A stretch of DNA of 63,813 nucleotides, the filler included, from Methanobacteriota archaeon (GTDB lineage Archaea > JACRDV01): the NCBI GenBank assembly GCA_024860865.1. It is 4 parts of 4 records of this genome, joined end to end, with 100 filler letters (N's around TTAATTAATTAA, not from the genome) between each part and the next. Parts side by side here need not be neighbours in the genome. Positions count along the whole stretch, not along the records: positions 31,679 to 60,141 come from JACRDV010000013.1; 3 more parts are not named here. One strand, 5' to 3'. The notes beneath the pieces are model-generated. The model did no database searches. It was not told where the DNA came from and saw only the letters and a list, made by a program, of their open reading frames with translations. Below, piece after piece: positions 38,932-50,464 of this stretch. Every line of letters starts with the position of its first letter. The first letter of the stretch is position 1. The position numbers were made by a program, and so were the translations under genes.

Positions 38932-40000
38932 AACTGTACAAATCCACTCCCCCGCAAATCAGTCTAAGGTATCACAAATCAAAGAGTTTCTCGTCGAATA
39001 TAACCGATGCGTAAATTATTTCATACGTCGGCTATGGGCGGAAAAGAAATTTACAGGTAGGTTTCTTGATAAAAAATACATCCAAGACGCAAAAGATAAG
39101 TTCAATCTAACAGCCCGTTTGATTCAATGTGCAGGAAAGCAGGCACAACAAATCGTTAAATCCCAGCGAGAAAAGTCCTTTTCGCAAAGAACCATGCCTC
39201 GATTTAAAGTCCTCATGGCAGACCTCGATGGGCGATTCTGGAAGTTCGGAGATAATACCAAATCATTCGAGTGGCTCGTTCTCCAATCGGGATTCAAGGT
39301 ACTCATTCCATTCAAGAGAACGAAGATGTGGACCAAATGGGAGGGGAGGGGTTTTACTCTCTCGAACAGCATACGCTTGAAGTACGATGAAGGTTCTCTT
39401 ACACTGGAATTCTTTTTTGAAAAGGAGAAACCACCACTCAAACCGACAGGGGCAGTTGAAGGCATCGACCTCGGCTATGTCAATACCATCACTTGCACCA
39501 ACGGACAGGTTATCGGTGCGGGAATGAATAAGGTCATAGAATCGTTCTCAAAGCGTGAAAAACACACACACGAACAGATAAAGAACCGCATCTTTCACGA
39601 ACTGAAATCACTTAACATATCCAACGTAAAAAAGTTGGCTATTGAAAACTTAAAGTCCGTTAAGTCAAATACACGGGGGAAGTTCTCCCGTAAACGGAAT
39701 AGGCGGCTATCTCACTGGCTCTATGCCAAGGTTGTGGAGCGTCTTGCACGGCGTTGTGAAGAAGAGGGGGTTCGGCTCGTAAGTGTGTCGCCCTGGAAAA
39801 CTTCACAATACTGTCGGTTCTGCAACAACTGGGATAGACGAAACCGCAAGGGAGAAGTGTTCAAATGCGTTGTTTGTGGACACACAGACCACGCTGACAT
39901 GAACGGTGCTATGAACATCAAACTCTTGGGGTTGGCGGAAGCGTATAGTCTCCGTTCACTACCAAGCAATTTTATGGGTGTTCGGAATGAATGTCTATAA
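38921..40000 (+). CDS. tnpB: RNA-guided endonuclease TnpB (IS607-associated)
   Basis: RuvC-I GIDLG, RuvC-II IENL, TSQYCRFC/CVVC zinc finger, RuvC-III HADMNGAMNI, all intact. Confidence 0.93.
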   Translation: MLIRTVQIHSPANQSKVSQIKEFLVEYNRCVNYFIRRLWAEKKFTGRFLDKKYIQDAKDKFNLTARLIQCAGKQAQQIVKSQREKSFSQRTMPRFKVLMADLDGRFWKFGDNTKSFEWLVLQSGFKVLIPFKRTKMWTKWEGRGFTLSNSIRLKYDEGSLTLEFFFEKEKPPLKPTGAVEGIDLGYVNTITCTNGQVIGAGMNKVIESFSKREKHTHEQIKNRIFHELKSLNISNVKKLAIENLKSVKSNTRGKFSRKRNRRLSHWLYAKVVERLARRCEEEGVRLVSVSPWKTSQYCRFCNNWDRRNRKGEVFKCVVCGHTDHADMNGAMNIKLLGLAEAYSLRSLPSNFMGVRNECL

Positions 40001-40934
40001 AATCAGCAACTATAGCAGTAGTTGTGCTCATAACATATATTGCATTTGAATGGCCAATTTTACAAGGAATATTATTGGGCGCCATCATTGGTGGAACAAG
40101 TTCCCCTATTGTTATATCGATTACATCACAGCTCAAAGCAAGAGAAGAGGTTTCATTGGTTTTAAGCATTGAATCGATCTTTACTGATATACTTTGTATT
40201 GTAGTTGCAATTGCTTCTATTGAAATGTTAGTTGCTAGGCAAGCAACATCGCTATCTTTAGCTGCTCATAGTATATTGAGCGCATTTTCAATCGGAGCAA
40301 TGGTTGGCTTGATTGGAGGCATAATATGGTTATACATATTAAGTAGGATTCGGGGCAAACCTCTTTCTTATATGCTTTCCCTTGCGATGTTATTTTTCAT
40401 CTATGCTGGAACCGAATATGTTAAAGGTAGTGGAGCGATTGGTGCACTACTGTTTGGACTAGTTCTCGGAAATAGCAAGGAAATCTCTAGAATGCTTCGT
40501 ATAAAAGAAGAGTTGGTTATCGATGATATAATTCGCAAATTTGAAGTTGAAGTCTCATTTTTTATTAGAACATTTTTCTTTGTATACTTAGGGCTTATAA
40601 TAAATATTAAGGATATAATTAGTATTGGGTACGGTATCCTTTTAGTAATAGGAGTTGTAGCACTAAGACCGCTGGCCGTTCGATTAAGTGCAATAAGGAG
40701 TGCTTTTACTAAAAGAGAAATTTTTCTAATGTCAATTATGGTGCCTCGGGGGTTAGCGGCCGCTGTCTTAGCTTCCTTACCATTAAGTTACGGTTATGGT
40801 GCAGCTAAAATGTTTCCAGAGTTGGTATTTACCGTAATAGTTGGAACAATTATTTTTTGTTCTATTGGTGTATTCCTAAGTAGAAAAATTCCTGAACCTA
40901 CCGAAGGTTTAGCTATTTTACCGAGCAGCAAAAA

Positions 40935-41234
40935 TTAACCAAAAATTGCACCAATACCAGTTTCAGCTGCTTCCTCCTCTGCCTTGATTTTAGCAGTAAT
41001 TTCTTCCAGCTCTTTTCCAGATAATTTTTCAACTGGGCCACTAGCTTCTAGCAACTCATCAATTTTTGCAAGCATTTCTGCAGATGTATTGATATAAACA
41101 AAGAACCCTTGCCGTTCTGAACCCAATGATTTGCACTCGCGCAAAGTATACCCTAATCGCTTAAAAAAGTCATCCTCGAGAGTTTTCATAAAAGTCTTTT
41201 TTACATCATAGCCAAAGAAATAAACAGCTTCCAT
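40935..41234 (-). CDS. Conserved-looking hypothetical protein
   Basis: GGAGGAG RBS; last gene of the ThiS-TtuA run; ends GIGAIFG. Confidence 0.7.
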   Translation of the reverse strand: MEAVYFFGYDVKKTFMKTLEDDFFKRLGYTLRECKSLGSERQGFFVYINTSAEMLAKIDELLEASGPVEKLSGKELEEITAKIKAEEEAAETGIGAIFG

Positions 41235-41245
41235 ACTCTCTCCTC

Positions 41246-42178
41246 CTATGTTTTAAGCTTTTGTAATAATTCACATGCTTTACAAACCTTATACTGGGTT
41301 GGCTCGCCACAATATTTGCACTCTTGCAGTGGTGGGTGCCCAAATTTTTCTTTTAAGGTAGGTAAAAGCTTATCGAAACCCCTTAAAATCGAGTATTTAG
41401 TCCCAGGATACTTTACTTCTACTTCATTTAACCAATTTCTTATAACTTGTCTGAAAGATTCCCCGGCATATGGACATTCTCCTAAGTGCACTTCTATCTC
41501 ATTGAGCAAAGCATAAAGCGCAACTTCTCGCTCCGGGACTTCGCGGAGTGGTTTAACCCTTGCCACAAGTTTTGAATGTCTAGGCTCAGTTTTTGGGCCG
41601 AGCCTGCTTTCCCTTTCTATATCCGACCTCATAAAATTCATTAGGATAGCTTGAACATCATCATCGAGGTTATGCCCAGTTACAACTTTTGTTGCCCCAA
41701 GTTCTCTAGCAGCTCTGTTTAGCAACGATCTCCTAAAAACACCGCAGTAAGCGCATGCTTTTAATCGCCTTTTTTGGGACTTAGTAAGAACTAACAAGTC
41801 ATCAAGGATGTACCCATATGTCTCTTTAAACGATACAATTTTGTGTTCAATCCCAAGCTGTTTTGCATTTTTTTCTGCAATTGGGATGCTTTCATTTCTA
41901 TAGTCTTTGATTCCCTCATCAATTGTAATAGCAATCAGTTCGATATCAGGCCGGTTTTCGGTTATTTGATTGAGTAAGTGCATTATTGAAACTGAATCTT
42001 TCCCCCCACTGAGACCTAATGCAATACGGTCATTTTTTGAAATCATAGCATGCCTTCGAATGGTTCGCTTAACATTTTGTTCAATTGATTGAGTAAAACA
42101 ACTTTTACAAAGCCTAACTCCAGAGTACCTTCGCCACACAACAGCTTCATGTTCCTCACATAAGTTACAAAGAGCCAA
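41246..42178 (-). CDS. tRNA 2-thiolation protein (TtuA/NcsA, TIGR00269-like)
   Basis: SGGKDS PP-loop, CAYCGVFRR, TGHNLDD, CPY, N- and C-terminal zinc fingers. Confidence 0.93.
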   Translation of the reverse strand: MALCNLCEEHEAVVWRRYSGVRLCKSCFTQSIEQNVKRTIRRHAMISKNDRIALGLSGGKDSVSIMHLLNQITENRPDIELIAITIDEGIKDYRNESIPIAEKNAKQLGIEHKIVSFKETYGYILDDLLVLTKSQKRRLKACAYCGVFRRSLLNRAARELGATKVVTGHNLDDDVQAILMNFMRSDIERESRLGPKTEPRHSKLVARVKPLREVPEREVALYALLNEIEVHLGECPYAGESFRQVIRNWLNEVEVKYPGTKYSILRGFDKLLPTLKEKFGHPPLQECKYCGEPTQYKVCKACELLQKLKT

Positions 42179-42181
42179 GAA

Positions 42182-42388
42182 TTAGCCTCCGGTTATTACT
42201 CGAATTATTGTGAGTTCATCATTAGTTTTGACTTTTGCATCCTCAGTCACTATTTTTTCATTCAGTTTAACTACCACAGTTTCGAGATTAAATCCCAGTT
42301 TTTTAACTACGTCTTCAACGGTTGAACCTTCCTCTACTTTTGTTTCAGTTATTTCAGAAAAATATTTGATTTTAATAGGAATTTCCAA
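42182..42388 (-). CDS. ThiS/MoaD/SAMP ubiquitin-like sulfur carrier
   Basis: 68 aa, C-terminal GG, directly upstream of the TtuA-like gene. Confidence 0.9.
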   Translation of the reverse strand: MEIPIKIKYFSEITETKVEEGSTVEDVVKKLGFNLETVVVKLNEKIVTEDAKVKTNDELTIIRVITGG

Positions 42389-42597
42389 AATAAACCCTCA
42401 AATATAAATTATATTATCTGTGAAACTAATCTTCTTATAATTAAAGCTGTTTAAATTGTGATTTTGCCTTTTTTATGCTATTTTTTGATGCTTACACCTC
42501 AGTAAAAAGCATTATCAAATTTAGTATAGCAATATTTTCTTTCGAATAGATTAGAGAAAATTTTAAGCAAAGAGAAACTAGATAGAATATTAAGTTT

Positions 42598-44643
42598 GTG
42601 CTACCGAGGACCCTTAAAGTGGAACTTAAAGAAGCGATTGTTTTTGGGGTAGATGTAGCAACAGGTTCTATTAGAGCGCAAAAGCAGCCGCAATATGCAG
42701 TTGTTGCTTTAAAAAATGATAGGATTATATTTGAAGAGCGTAACTTGAGTTATTTTAAACTCATTAGATTAATTAGAAAACATTACCCAGCTATTATTGC
42801 TACTGATAACATTTATGAGCTAATACCTTCTAGAAGAGGGCTTTTCGAATTTATTTCAAGGTTACCTGTTGGTACAAAGCTTATCCAAGTGACTGGTTCA
42901 CCTAAAAGCGGAATGCTTCCACTTCACGTTTTAGCAAATTCCCATGGCATTGCGCTTGGGGCCTATGCCTCCCCCCAAGAAGAGGCTTTAACTTCAGCTA
43001 GACTCGCATTAAAAGGAGTTGGATATGAGATTGTAACATTTGAAGATGAAGCTAGAGTAATAGTTAGTAGAGCTAGAAGTCTAGGGCCAGGTGGTTCTAG
43101 TCAAGACAGATATAGGCGCCGGCTCCATAATTTAGTCCAGTATAAAGTAAGGGAGATTCAACGATCTCTTGAACAAAATAAGTTAGACTATGAGCTTGAG
43201 GTTAAAGAGGCCGATTCCGGTTATGCTAGGGGAGAGTTCATTATTTGCGCTAATCCAATCGATGTTAGAAAGGTGGTTCGCAAAATAAGAGGTCCAGACA
43301 TACAAGTTAAAATCAAACCAGTTAAAAGCGGGGGATTAAGTTTCGTTCCTCTAACTGAGACAAAAGAAAAAATTAAAACCTTTCAAAAGAATTTAATCAT
43401 CGGTATTGATCCGGGCATAACAACAGCAATTGCTGCCTTAGACTTTAAGGGAAAATTAGTAAAATTACACAGTTCAAAAGAATTTCCAAGGAATGAGATA
43501 ATCAGATTTATATCTGAATTGGGCAATCCGATTATTTTTGCAACCGATGTCTTACCACCTCCAAAATCTGTAGAAAAGTTAGCAAGTTCCTTTGAAGCTG
43601 AATTATTCAACCCTGCCCAATCTCTTTCTATTTCTGAAAAAAATGAGCTAATTGAGAATTATTTGGAAGATAGCGAGGACGAAGCTGAACCTGTTGATGC
43701 TCACCAAAGGGATGCACTTGCTGCAGCTATCAAAGCTTATAACCACTACAAAAATAAATTCAAGCAAGTTGATCAGCAGCTCAAAACCGTGGGGAAACCG
43801 GAAATTGAGGAGAAAGTCAAAGAATTAGTTATTGCAGGTCATTCTATAAGCTCAGCTATTGAACTTGCTACCAGTAAGGAAGTTGAAGTTAAGGCTGAAA
43901 AAATTGAAATTAAACCTAAAGAAGAAAAAATTGAACCAGAATTGATAATTGATCTCAAAAAGAAACTCAAATTTCAACGAGAAGAAATTGAGCAATTAAA
44001 AACATTAAATGAAAAATTAAAAGCTGAGCTCAAATATTATAATGAAAAAATCGCTAAAATTGAGCAAAAAATTGACTTTATAAAAAGTGCTGAATTTAGA
44101 GAACTCAAAGCTACGCAAGAAATTGCTCATAGAGATAAACTTATTCGTCATTTAAAAAATGAATTTGATCAAGTTCACAAAAAATATCAAATGTTGGTCA
44201 AAGAATTTGAGCAACTAAAGCAAATTAGAGTTTTAGAGATATCTGGTAAGAGAATTCCAATTAAAGTAGTTCAAACCTTTGCTAAAGAAGGAGTTCAAGA
44301 AGCTATTAATAAGTTTGGACTTAAGAAAGGCGATGTTATATTATTAGCCAATGCAAGTGGAGGTGGAGCCTCTACTGCTGAGTTTTTGATCAAACTTGGA
44401 GTAAAGGCAGTTATATACGGTGGAGATATGTCCCATCTTGCAATTGAAAAATTTCAAGGAGCCAGTTTGCCCTTAATTCCTGTCGAAACAATTAAGTTTG
44501 AGAAAGTCGGAGATATCGTAACCATTGACCCAATAGAGCTCGAAAATAGCCTAAAAAAGTTCAAGAAAAAGTTGTCTACCGAGGAACTAGTCGAATTGTT
44601 GGAAGAATATAAGGTAGAAAGAGAGAAAGATTCCACTCTCTAG
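42598..44643 (+). CDS. DUF460 domain protein (RNase H-fold, coiled coil)
   Basis: IIGIDPG.TTAIA, HQRDALAAA, GGSSQDRYRR. Confidence 0.88.
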   Translation: MLPRTLKVELKEAIVFGVDVATGSIRAQKQPQYAVVALKNDRIIFEERNLSYFKLIRLIRKHYPAIIATDNIYELIPSRRGLFEFISRLPVGTKLIQVTGSPKSGMLPLHVLANSHGIALGAYASPQEEALTSARLALKGVGYEIVTFEDEARVIVSRARSLGPGGSSQDRYRRRLHNLVQYKVREIQRSLEQNKLDYELEVKEADSGYARGEFIICANPIDVRKVVRKIRGPDIQVKIKPVKSGGLSFVPLTETKEKIKTFQKNLIIGIDPGITTAIAALDFKGKLVKLHSSKEFPRNEIIRFISELGNPIIFATDVLPPPKSVEKLASSFEAELFNPAQSLSISEKNELIENYLEDSEDEAEPVDAHQRDALAAAIKAYNHYKNKFKQVDQQLKTVGKPEIEEKVKELVIAGHSISSAIELATSKEVEVKAEKIEIKPKEEKIEPELIIDLKKKLKFQREEIEQLKTLNEKLKAELKYYNEKIAKIEQKIDFIKSAEFRELKATQEIAHRDKLIRHLKNEFDQVHKKYQMLVKEFEQLKQIRVLEISGKRIPIKVVQTFAKEGVQEAINKFGLKKGDVILLANASGGGASTAEFLIKLGVKAVIYGGDMSHLAIEKFQGASLPLIPVETIKFEKVGDIVTIDPIELENSLKKFKKKLSTEELVELLEEYKVEREKDSTL

Positions 44644-44705
44644 CTAAAAACATAGGTAAACTATTTGTATGTAGATTTCTCCCATAAAGGAAATTTTGTG
44701 AGAAA

Positions 44706-45899
44706 ATGAGAAACATAATAGTATCTGAATCTAGGGAAACACCAGTTGGAAAACAATCAATCGAGATGGTTGAAAGAAAAGGTTTAGGCCATCCAGATTT
44801 TATGGCTGATTCTATAGCTGAAGATTTTTCTAGAGCACTTTGCAAAGATTATTTGAGAAGATTTGGAGGATTATTACACCACAATGTCGATAAATTAGAA
44901 GTAGTTGGTGGAGAGACCCAACCTGCCTTTGGCGGAGGAAAAGTAATAAGACCAATTTTAATTTTCTTTTCTGGCCGAGCCACCTACAGAGTAAACGAAG
45001 AAAAAATACCATTGGAAGAAATTGCTATTAATGCTGCAAAAAACTGGATTAGAAAAAATTTTAGATTTTTAGATCCAGAGACAAATGTAAGATATTTGGT
45101 TGAAACAAAGGGTGGAGCAGGAAATTTAACAGATGTTTATAAAAGACAAGGTAGTATAGGTGCGAATGACACTTCATTGGGTTCTGGTTATGCACCATTG
45201 ACAATTACTGAAAAAATTGTTTTAAATACAGAGAAAATGATTAACTCTGAAGAATTTAAAAAGGAATTTCCAGTAACAGGTGAAGATGTTAAAATAATGG
45301 GCTTGAGAAATAAAGATAAAGTTATTCTTACTATTGCAACATCTTTTATTGATAGATTTGTTAAAGATTCTAATGATTATGTAAGACAAAAAAAAGAAGT
45401 AATAGAAAAAATTAGCGAGCATGTTAGTTCCTATGGGCTAGAAGTTGAACCATGCCTCAATTTATTAGATAAGCCAGAGCGTGGAATTAATGGCTGTTAT
45501 TTAACAGTTACTGGGACATCTGCTGAACACGGTGACGATGGAGCTGTCGGTAGGGGCAATAGGCTGAATGGTTTAATTCCGTTTAATAGACCCATAAGTA
45601 TGGAAGCTTCGGCAGGAAAAAATCCATTGAATCATATTGGAAAAATTTATAACATTCTTGCTTTTAGGATTTCTGATCAAATATACCAGCTGGGCAATAT
45701 AGAAGAGGTTTATGTCAGAATTTTATCCCAAATAGGCAAACCTATTAATGATCCATTGCTTGCGGCTGTTGATATAATACTGAAAAATGGCAAACTTTCT
45801 GATATAGAGAAGGAAGTTAGAGAAATAGTTGATAAAAATTTGGATAATATAACAAAACTAACACAGGATATAATTGAAGGAAAAGTAGAGATGTTTTAA
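44706..45899 (+). CDS. mat: Archaeal S-adenosylmethionine synthetase
   Basis: [45 protein letters not shown]. Confidence 0.96.
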   Translation: MRNIIVSESRETPVGKQSIEMVERKGLGHPDFMADSIAEDFSRALCKDYLRRFGGLLHHNVDKLEVVGGETQPAFGGGKVIRPILIFFSGRATYRVNEEKIPLEEIAINAAKNWIRKNFRFLDPETNVRYLVETKGGAGNLTDVYKRQGSIGANDTSLGSGYAPLTITEKIVLNTEKMINSEEFKKEFPVTGEDVKIMGLRNKDKVILTIATSFIDRFVKDSNDYVRQKKEVIEKISEHVSSYGLEVEPCLNLLDKPERGINGCYLTVTGTSAEHGDDGAVGRGNRLNGLIPFNRPISMEASAGKNPLNHIGKIYNILAFRISDQIYQLGNIEEVYVRILSQIGKPINDPLLAAVDIILKNGKLSDIEKEVREIVDKNLDNITKLTQDIIEGKVEMF

Positions 45900-45933
45900 T
45901 TTCTAAAAATCTTTTTTAATCTATCGCAAGAAA

Positions 45934-46815
45934 CTAACCAATTCTTCTAGTTGTGTAGAAAGCCATACCTGCAATCGGGTCAATTTCCATTATGATTTCT
46001 CCATCTTTAAAAACGCGGATCATCCCGCCGCTCTTTGAAACTGTAACTGCTAGTGCTCCAGTTTCTTTGGTTATTGCAGCTGCAGCGGCATGCCTCCCTC
46101 CGAATCCCTTTGGAATTTTTACTGAAGCAGCATCAACATCAAGATATCTTCCAGCAGCTTTGACCATTCCATCCCTAGTTAGCACAAAAACACCATCAAG
46201 TTGAGAGAGCTCTTTTACTGTGCCTCTAACCATCTGGTCCGTAATATACTCTGTTCGCCCCTCGAATGGGTTTAAAATAAGTTGGTAAGAATTTTTTAGA
46301 ACTTTTTCAGAGTCTCCAATTACAAAAGCTGTGCCCACAGGTTTGCCTTCTCTCCCTTCCCTTCCAATTTCAATTGCAAGCTCGAAGATAGTGCTTAAGA
46401 CTTCTGGCTTGATTTTTTCCATTTCCTGAATAAACGTACAAATATTTAGGTCAAGCGGCTTTCCACCGACCTTATATACAAAAATAGAATCGCTGCTTCG
46501 AAGTTCGCCCAGTACTCCAACAATTACGTCCCCAATATCTACTAATCCTTTGCTCAACGCTAGTGCTGTTGCATATACAATCTGGTCCACTCTAAAGGGG
46601 GATTTTAGAAAGAGCAAAATTGATTGAGCTTTCTCGCTAAGCTTATAGAAAGTTTCATTTTTAGATGTGGCGGCAATTACCGTTGTTTTTGGTTGATACT
46701 TTTGTATTAGATTATAAGCGCGTTCATTATCGCTAACAACTAAAATCGCTTTTGCATTAACTTCATTAGCAATTTGAGTTGCGGCTTTTGCAATTGCATC
46801 ATCAATGCTCGGCAT
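45934..46815 (-). CDS. dacZ: Diadenylate cyclase, DacZ type (PK_C-like N-domain + DAC)
   Basis: EGREGKPVGTAF, LDG, GGRHAAA, VSKSGG. Confidence 0.88.
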   Translation of the reverse strand: MPSIDDAIAKAATQIANEVNAKAILVVSDNERAYNLIQKYQPKTTVIAATSKNETFYKLSEKAQSILLFLKSPFRVDQIVYATALALSKGLVDIGDVIVGVLGELRSSDSIFVYKVGGKPLDLNICTFIQEMEKIKPEVLSTIFELAIEIGREGREGKPVGTAFVIGDSEKVLKNSYQLILNPFEGRTEYITDQMVRGTVKELSQLDGVFVLTRDGMVKAAGRYLDVDAASVKIPKGFGGRHAAAAAITKETGALAVTVSKSGGMIRVFKDGEIIMEIDPIAGMAFYTTRRIG

Positions 46816-46880
46816 TTTTTATTCCGAAGTTTGCACTTAATTTAAATCCTTTCTATGGGAGAAAAAATCACCAGATTTTT

Positions 46881-47681
46881 TTAAAGTTTTTGTAGGTGGA
46901 TACATTCTCCTGCTATAATTCTCTTTAGAGAGCCATCAGCAAGTTCAAGTATTAATGCACCATCGCTATCTATTCCAATGGCCTCCCCTACAATTGATTC
47001 ATCTTTAATGTTTATTCTAACTAAATTACCTATTGTAGCTGAGAGCTCTTTATATTTTGTTAGGATAGGTAGAAAATCTTCTTTAAAAATTTCATAATTT
47101 TTTTCGAGCTCTTCCATCAATCGCTGCACAAGTGGAATTCGCGGGGCATCTTTTTTAAGTTCTTTTTTCAAAGATGTAGCTCCTTCGCGTATCTCTGCTG
47201 GAAAAATATCTACATCAACATTTGCGTTTATACCTATGCCGATAACGACATACTCTATAGTATCCATATCCCCACTCATTTCAGTTAATATGCCACAGAG
47301 CTTTTTTCCATTCAAAAGAATATCATTAGGCCACTTTATTTTTACATTTAAACCGCAAACTTGGCGAATTGCTTCTGCAACTGAAACTCCTGTAATTAAT
47401 GTCAGTTTTGGCGCTTGGTGAGGGCTAATTTTAGGCCGCAATATGAGAGACATCCATATCCCACCGCTTGGGGATATCCATGTTTTTCCGAAACGCCCTT
47501 TTCCTGCTTTTTGAACTTCAGAGATTACGACTGTGCCTTCCTTAGCACCTTTAAAAGCTAATTCTTTAGCAAAGTCATTTGTTGAATCGATTTCTTTAAA
47601 ATGGTGAATCTCTTTTCCAATATACTTAGTTTGCAATCCTTTTTTAATTTCAGAAGTTAATAATAGATCAGAAACACCCAT
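46881..47681 (-). CDS. birA: Biotin-[acetyl-CoA-carboxylase] ligase
   Basis: DSTN, GKGRFGK.W.SP, KWPND, KLCGIL. Confidence 0.95.
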   Translation of the reverse strand: MGVSDLLLTSEIKKGLQTKYIGKEIHHFKEIDSTNDFAKELAFKGAKEGTVVISEVQKAGKGRFGKTWISPSGGIWMSLILRPKISPHQAPKLTLITGVSVAEAIRQVCGLNVKIKWPNDILLNGKKLCGILTEMSGDMDTIEYVVIGIGINANVDVDIFPAEIREGATSLKKELKKDAPRIPLVQRLMEELEKNYEIFKEDFLPILTKYKELSATIGNLVRINIKDESIVGEAIGIDSDGALILELADGSLKRIIAGECIHLQKL

Positions 47682-47773
47682 TAAAATCTCCAGTTTTATT
47701 TTTACATAGAGTCTATTTTACTGGCTCTAATACATTTGCTTTTAGAATTGTTAAAAAAATTTTTAAACAAAAA

Positions 47774-49267
47774 TTAGGTTTTGTTTGCAGTACTTTTTGC
47801 ACTAGCTATGTAAGTATCTATCGCAGCAGAAATCGCAGCAACTTTTTTGCCTTCTTCAAATATCTCTTCAAGTCTGCTTTTGTGGACTCTTTCATATTCT
47901 ACTATCTTTCTTACTTCCTCTACAATGTTCTGCTCCTCAATGAAATGAGTGCTTATGTCTCCCTTTCTAAAGGCCTCGTTATTCATGACAGCTTTATGAA
48001 ATGGAATGTTAGTTTTTACTCCTCTTATAATATACTCATAAAGTGCCCTTTTTGCCCGCTCTATTACTTCTGCTCTATTTCTTCCCCAAACAACAAGCTT
48101 AGAAATCATTGGGTCGTAGTAAGGAGAAATTACATAGCCCATATGCACTCCGCTGTCAACTCTAACTCCAATTCCTCCTGGAGAGCGATATCCAGTGATT
48201 TTACCTGGAGCTGGAGCAAAGTTATTCAAAGGATCTTCTGCATTAATTCTGCACTCTATTGCCCAACCATGAGGTTTAATCTCTTCTTGTTTGCAACTCA
48301 GTTCATATCCAGCTGCTATTCTTATTTGCTCTTTTGTTAGATCAATCCCATAAACTACCTCAGTTATAGGGTGCTCAACTTGGAGGCGAGTGTTCATTTC
48401 TAAAAAATAAAAATTGCCACGTGAATAAATGAATTCAACTGTACCAGCATTTTCATAATTTATTGCAGCAGCTGCGCGCTTAGCTATATCTCCTATTTTT
48501 TCTCGCAACTCACTTGTCACTATTGGAGAGGGAGTCTCTTCAATTAATTTTTGGTGCCTTCGTTGAATTGTACACTCCCGCTCTCCAACATGAACGATAT
48601 TACCTTTTGAATCCGCCAATACTTGAAATTCTATATGTCTTGGTCTCTCGAGATATTTTTCAATATAGACAGTTGGATCTCCGAAAGCAGATTTAGAAAC
48701 TGCTTTAGTCGCTTCTAGCGCGTGCGGCAGTTCTTCTTTGCTATTAACAACTCGCATGCCAATTCCGCCACCACCTGCAGAAGCTTTAATAAGCACTGGG
48801 TAGCCAATTTTCTCCGCTATTTCAATTGCTTTGTTAACATCTCTAACTTCATTTTCAGAACCAGGTACTATCGGTACATTTGCTTTTTTCATTATTTTGC
48901 GCGCTTCGATTTTATCCCCCATCTTTTCAACTGCAAAGCTGGATGGCCCAATAAATTTGATTTTATGTCTTTCACATTCTTTAACAAAATTTGGATTTTC
49001 TGCTAAAAACCCATATCCTGGGTGAATTGCTTCTGCACCACTTTTTTTAGCTACCTCCAGGATTTTTTCTATGTTGAGATAACTCTCACTAGCAGGAGGT
49101 GGGCCAATTCTATAAGCTTCATCTGCATACTTTGCAAATATTGCATTTTTATCTGCATCAGAATAAACAGCTACTGTTTTTACTCCCAACTCTCTGCAAG
49201 CTCTCATTACTCTAACAGCAATTTCTCCTCTGTTAGCAACAAGAACCTCTTTGAACATTCTACTCAC
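47774..49267 (-). CDS. pycA: Pyruvate carboxylase subunit A (biotin carboxylase)
   Basis: [35 protein letters not shown]; pycB nearby. Confidence 0.92.
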   Translation of the reverse strand: MSRMFKEVLVANRGEIAVRVMRACRELGVKTVAVYSDADKNAIFAKYADEAYRIGPPPASESYLNIEKILEVAKKSGAEAIHPGYGFLAENPNFVKECERHKIKFIGPSSFAVEKMGDKIEARKIMKKANVPIVPGSENEVRDVNKAIEIAEKIGYPVLIKASAGGGGIGMRVVNSKEELPHALEATKAVSKSAFGDPTVYIEKYLERPRHIEFQVLADSKGNIVHVGERECTIQRRHQKLIEETPSPIVTSELREKIGDIAKRAAAAINYENAGTVEFIYSRGNFYFLEMNTRLQVEHPITEVVYGIDLTKEQIRIAAGYELSCKQEEIKPHGWAIECRINAEDPLNNFAPAPGKITGYRSPGGIGVRVDSGVHMGYVISPYYDPMISKLVVWGRNRAEVIERAKRALYEYIIRGVKTNIPFHKAVMNNEAFRKGDISTHFIEEQNIVEEVRKIVEYERVHKSRLEEIFEEGKKVAAISAAIDTYIASAKSTANKT

Positions 49268-49435
49268 TAGTATGGATTCTAGTTGTATATTTTAGGGAAT
49301 TTCGCTACTTAAGGTTTCTTAAGTCTTTCTAAGGTTAAAAGGTTAGGTTTAACAAAACTTTTAACTCATTAAAACTTTGCCTACATGAAAAAGCGAAAAG
49401 TATAAATTTTGCAAGCTCAATTCAGAGCTGGAGGA

Positions 49436-50125
49436 ATGGAAATTAAAATATCAGATATATTTGCGATATTTTCGATCCTTTTTCTATTGGTTGCATTAAG
49501 CGGATGTGTCGGTAAAGAAAAACCAACTCAAGGACCCCCAGAAACCACTTCTAAACCAACTGAAACGTACTCTGCGCCAACATGGAAGGTTGGACAATGG
49601 GTGCAATATAATGTAAAAGATAGAGAGGGTAAAGAAAGCACAATGAAGTATTCAATAGTCGGTTCAGAAGTAATTGAAGGAAAAACGTATTTTTGGTATG
49701 AAATGAAAGTTGAAACAGCTCAAGGCAAAAGTATTCTAAAGTATCTCTTTTCACCGGATCTTAGTGAAATAAAAAGGGTTGTTGTAAAATCCGGTGACCA
49801 ACCAGCAGTGGAAATGCCGGCCAGCTTTTTCGGACAATATAAGAAGAGCGCACAAACTGCACCAAGCCAATCCACCGTTGAAACGGGCAAAGTAGGTACT
49901 GAAGTGATAAATGTGCCTGCCGGGACATTTACGTGCATTCATTATAGGACTACTACTGATAGTACTACATTTGACAGTTGGATAAGCGGTAAGGTTCCTA
50001 TTATTGCGATGGTAAAGTCTGCTGGCAGTGATGGTTTTACCATGGGTCTAATTGAATATGGAACAACCGGGGCACAAACAGAAATTACTGAGACGCCACA
50101 GCAAATGCCGATACCAACACAATAA
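49436..50125 (+). CDS. Putative lipoprotein
   Basis: GGAGG RBS, lipobox LSGC, WKVGQWVQY, VPAGTF motif. Confidence 0.8.
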   Translation: MEIKISDIFAIFSILFLLVALSGCVGKEKPTQGPPETTSKPTETYSAPTWKVGQWVQYNVKDREGKESTMKYSIVGSEVIEGKTYFWYEMKVETAQGKSILKYLFSPDLSEIKRVVVKSGDQPAVEMPASFFGQYKKSAQTAPSQSTVETGKVGTEVINVPAGTFTCIHYRTTTDSTTFDSWISGKVPIIAMVKSAGSDGFTMGLIEYGTTGAQTEITETPQQMPIPTQ

Positions 50126-50464
50126 TTTTTTAATTTTTAAAAATTTGGTATTCTGAGCACTTCATAGAGCCAATTTGAGCAAACGTTTTTAATCTCTCTG
50201 TTTATTATCTCTGCTCCATTTGAGTTTGGAGAATATTTTGGAAAAGGGTTAGACTTTAATAAAAACTTTGGCTAAAGTAATCAAGTTGCGGCTCAGTTGG
50301 TCCGGACTTATTGAAGTTACTGGAAGCTGAGAAAAATTTGGCGCATTAACTGCTATTGCTTATATAGACAAACCTGATGACACCGTTAAACTTATTTGAT
50401 AATTGTCTTTCAAATTTTCTAAGAAATATTTAAATACTAAGATTTTATAAAAATCTTAGATTAA

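Larger units (their letters stand above)
38358..40013 (+). mobile_element. IS607-family element (tnpA serine recombinase + tnpB)
   Basis: Both genes present; visibly more GC-rich than the flanks; junctions share TAT (38355-38357 and 40011-40013). Confidence 0.9.
38056..40938 (+). pseudogene. Cation:proton (CPA1/NhaP-like) antiporter interrupted by an IS607 element
   Basis: N-part (VPD, LFDGG) 38056-38357 and C-part (GGTSS, ESIFTD, PRGLAAAVLA) 40014-40938 are in the same frame and rejoin to a 408-aa ORF. Confidence 0.9.
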
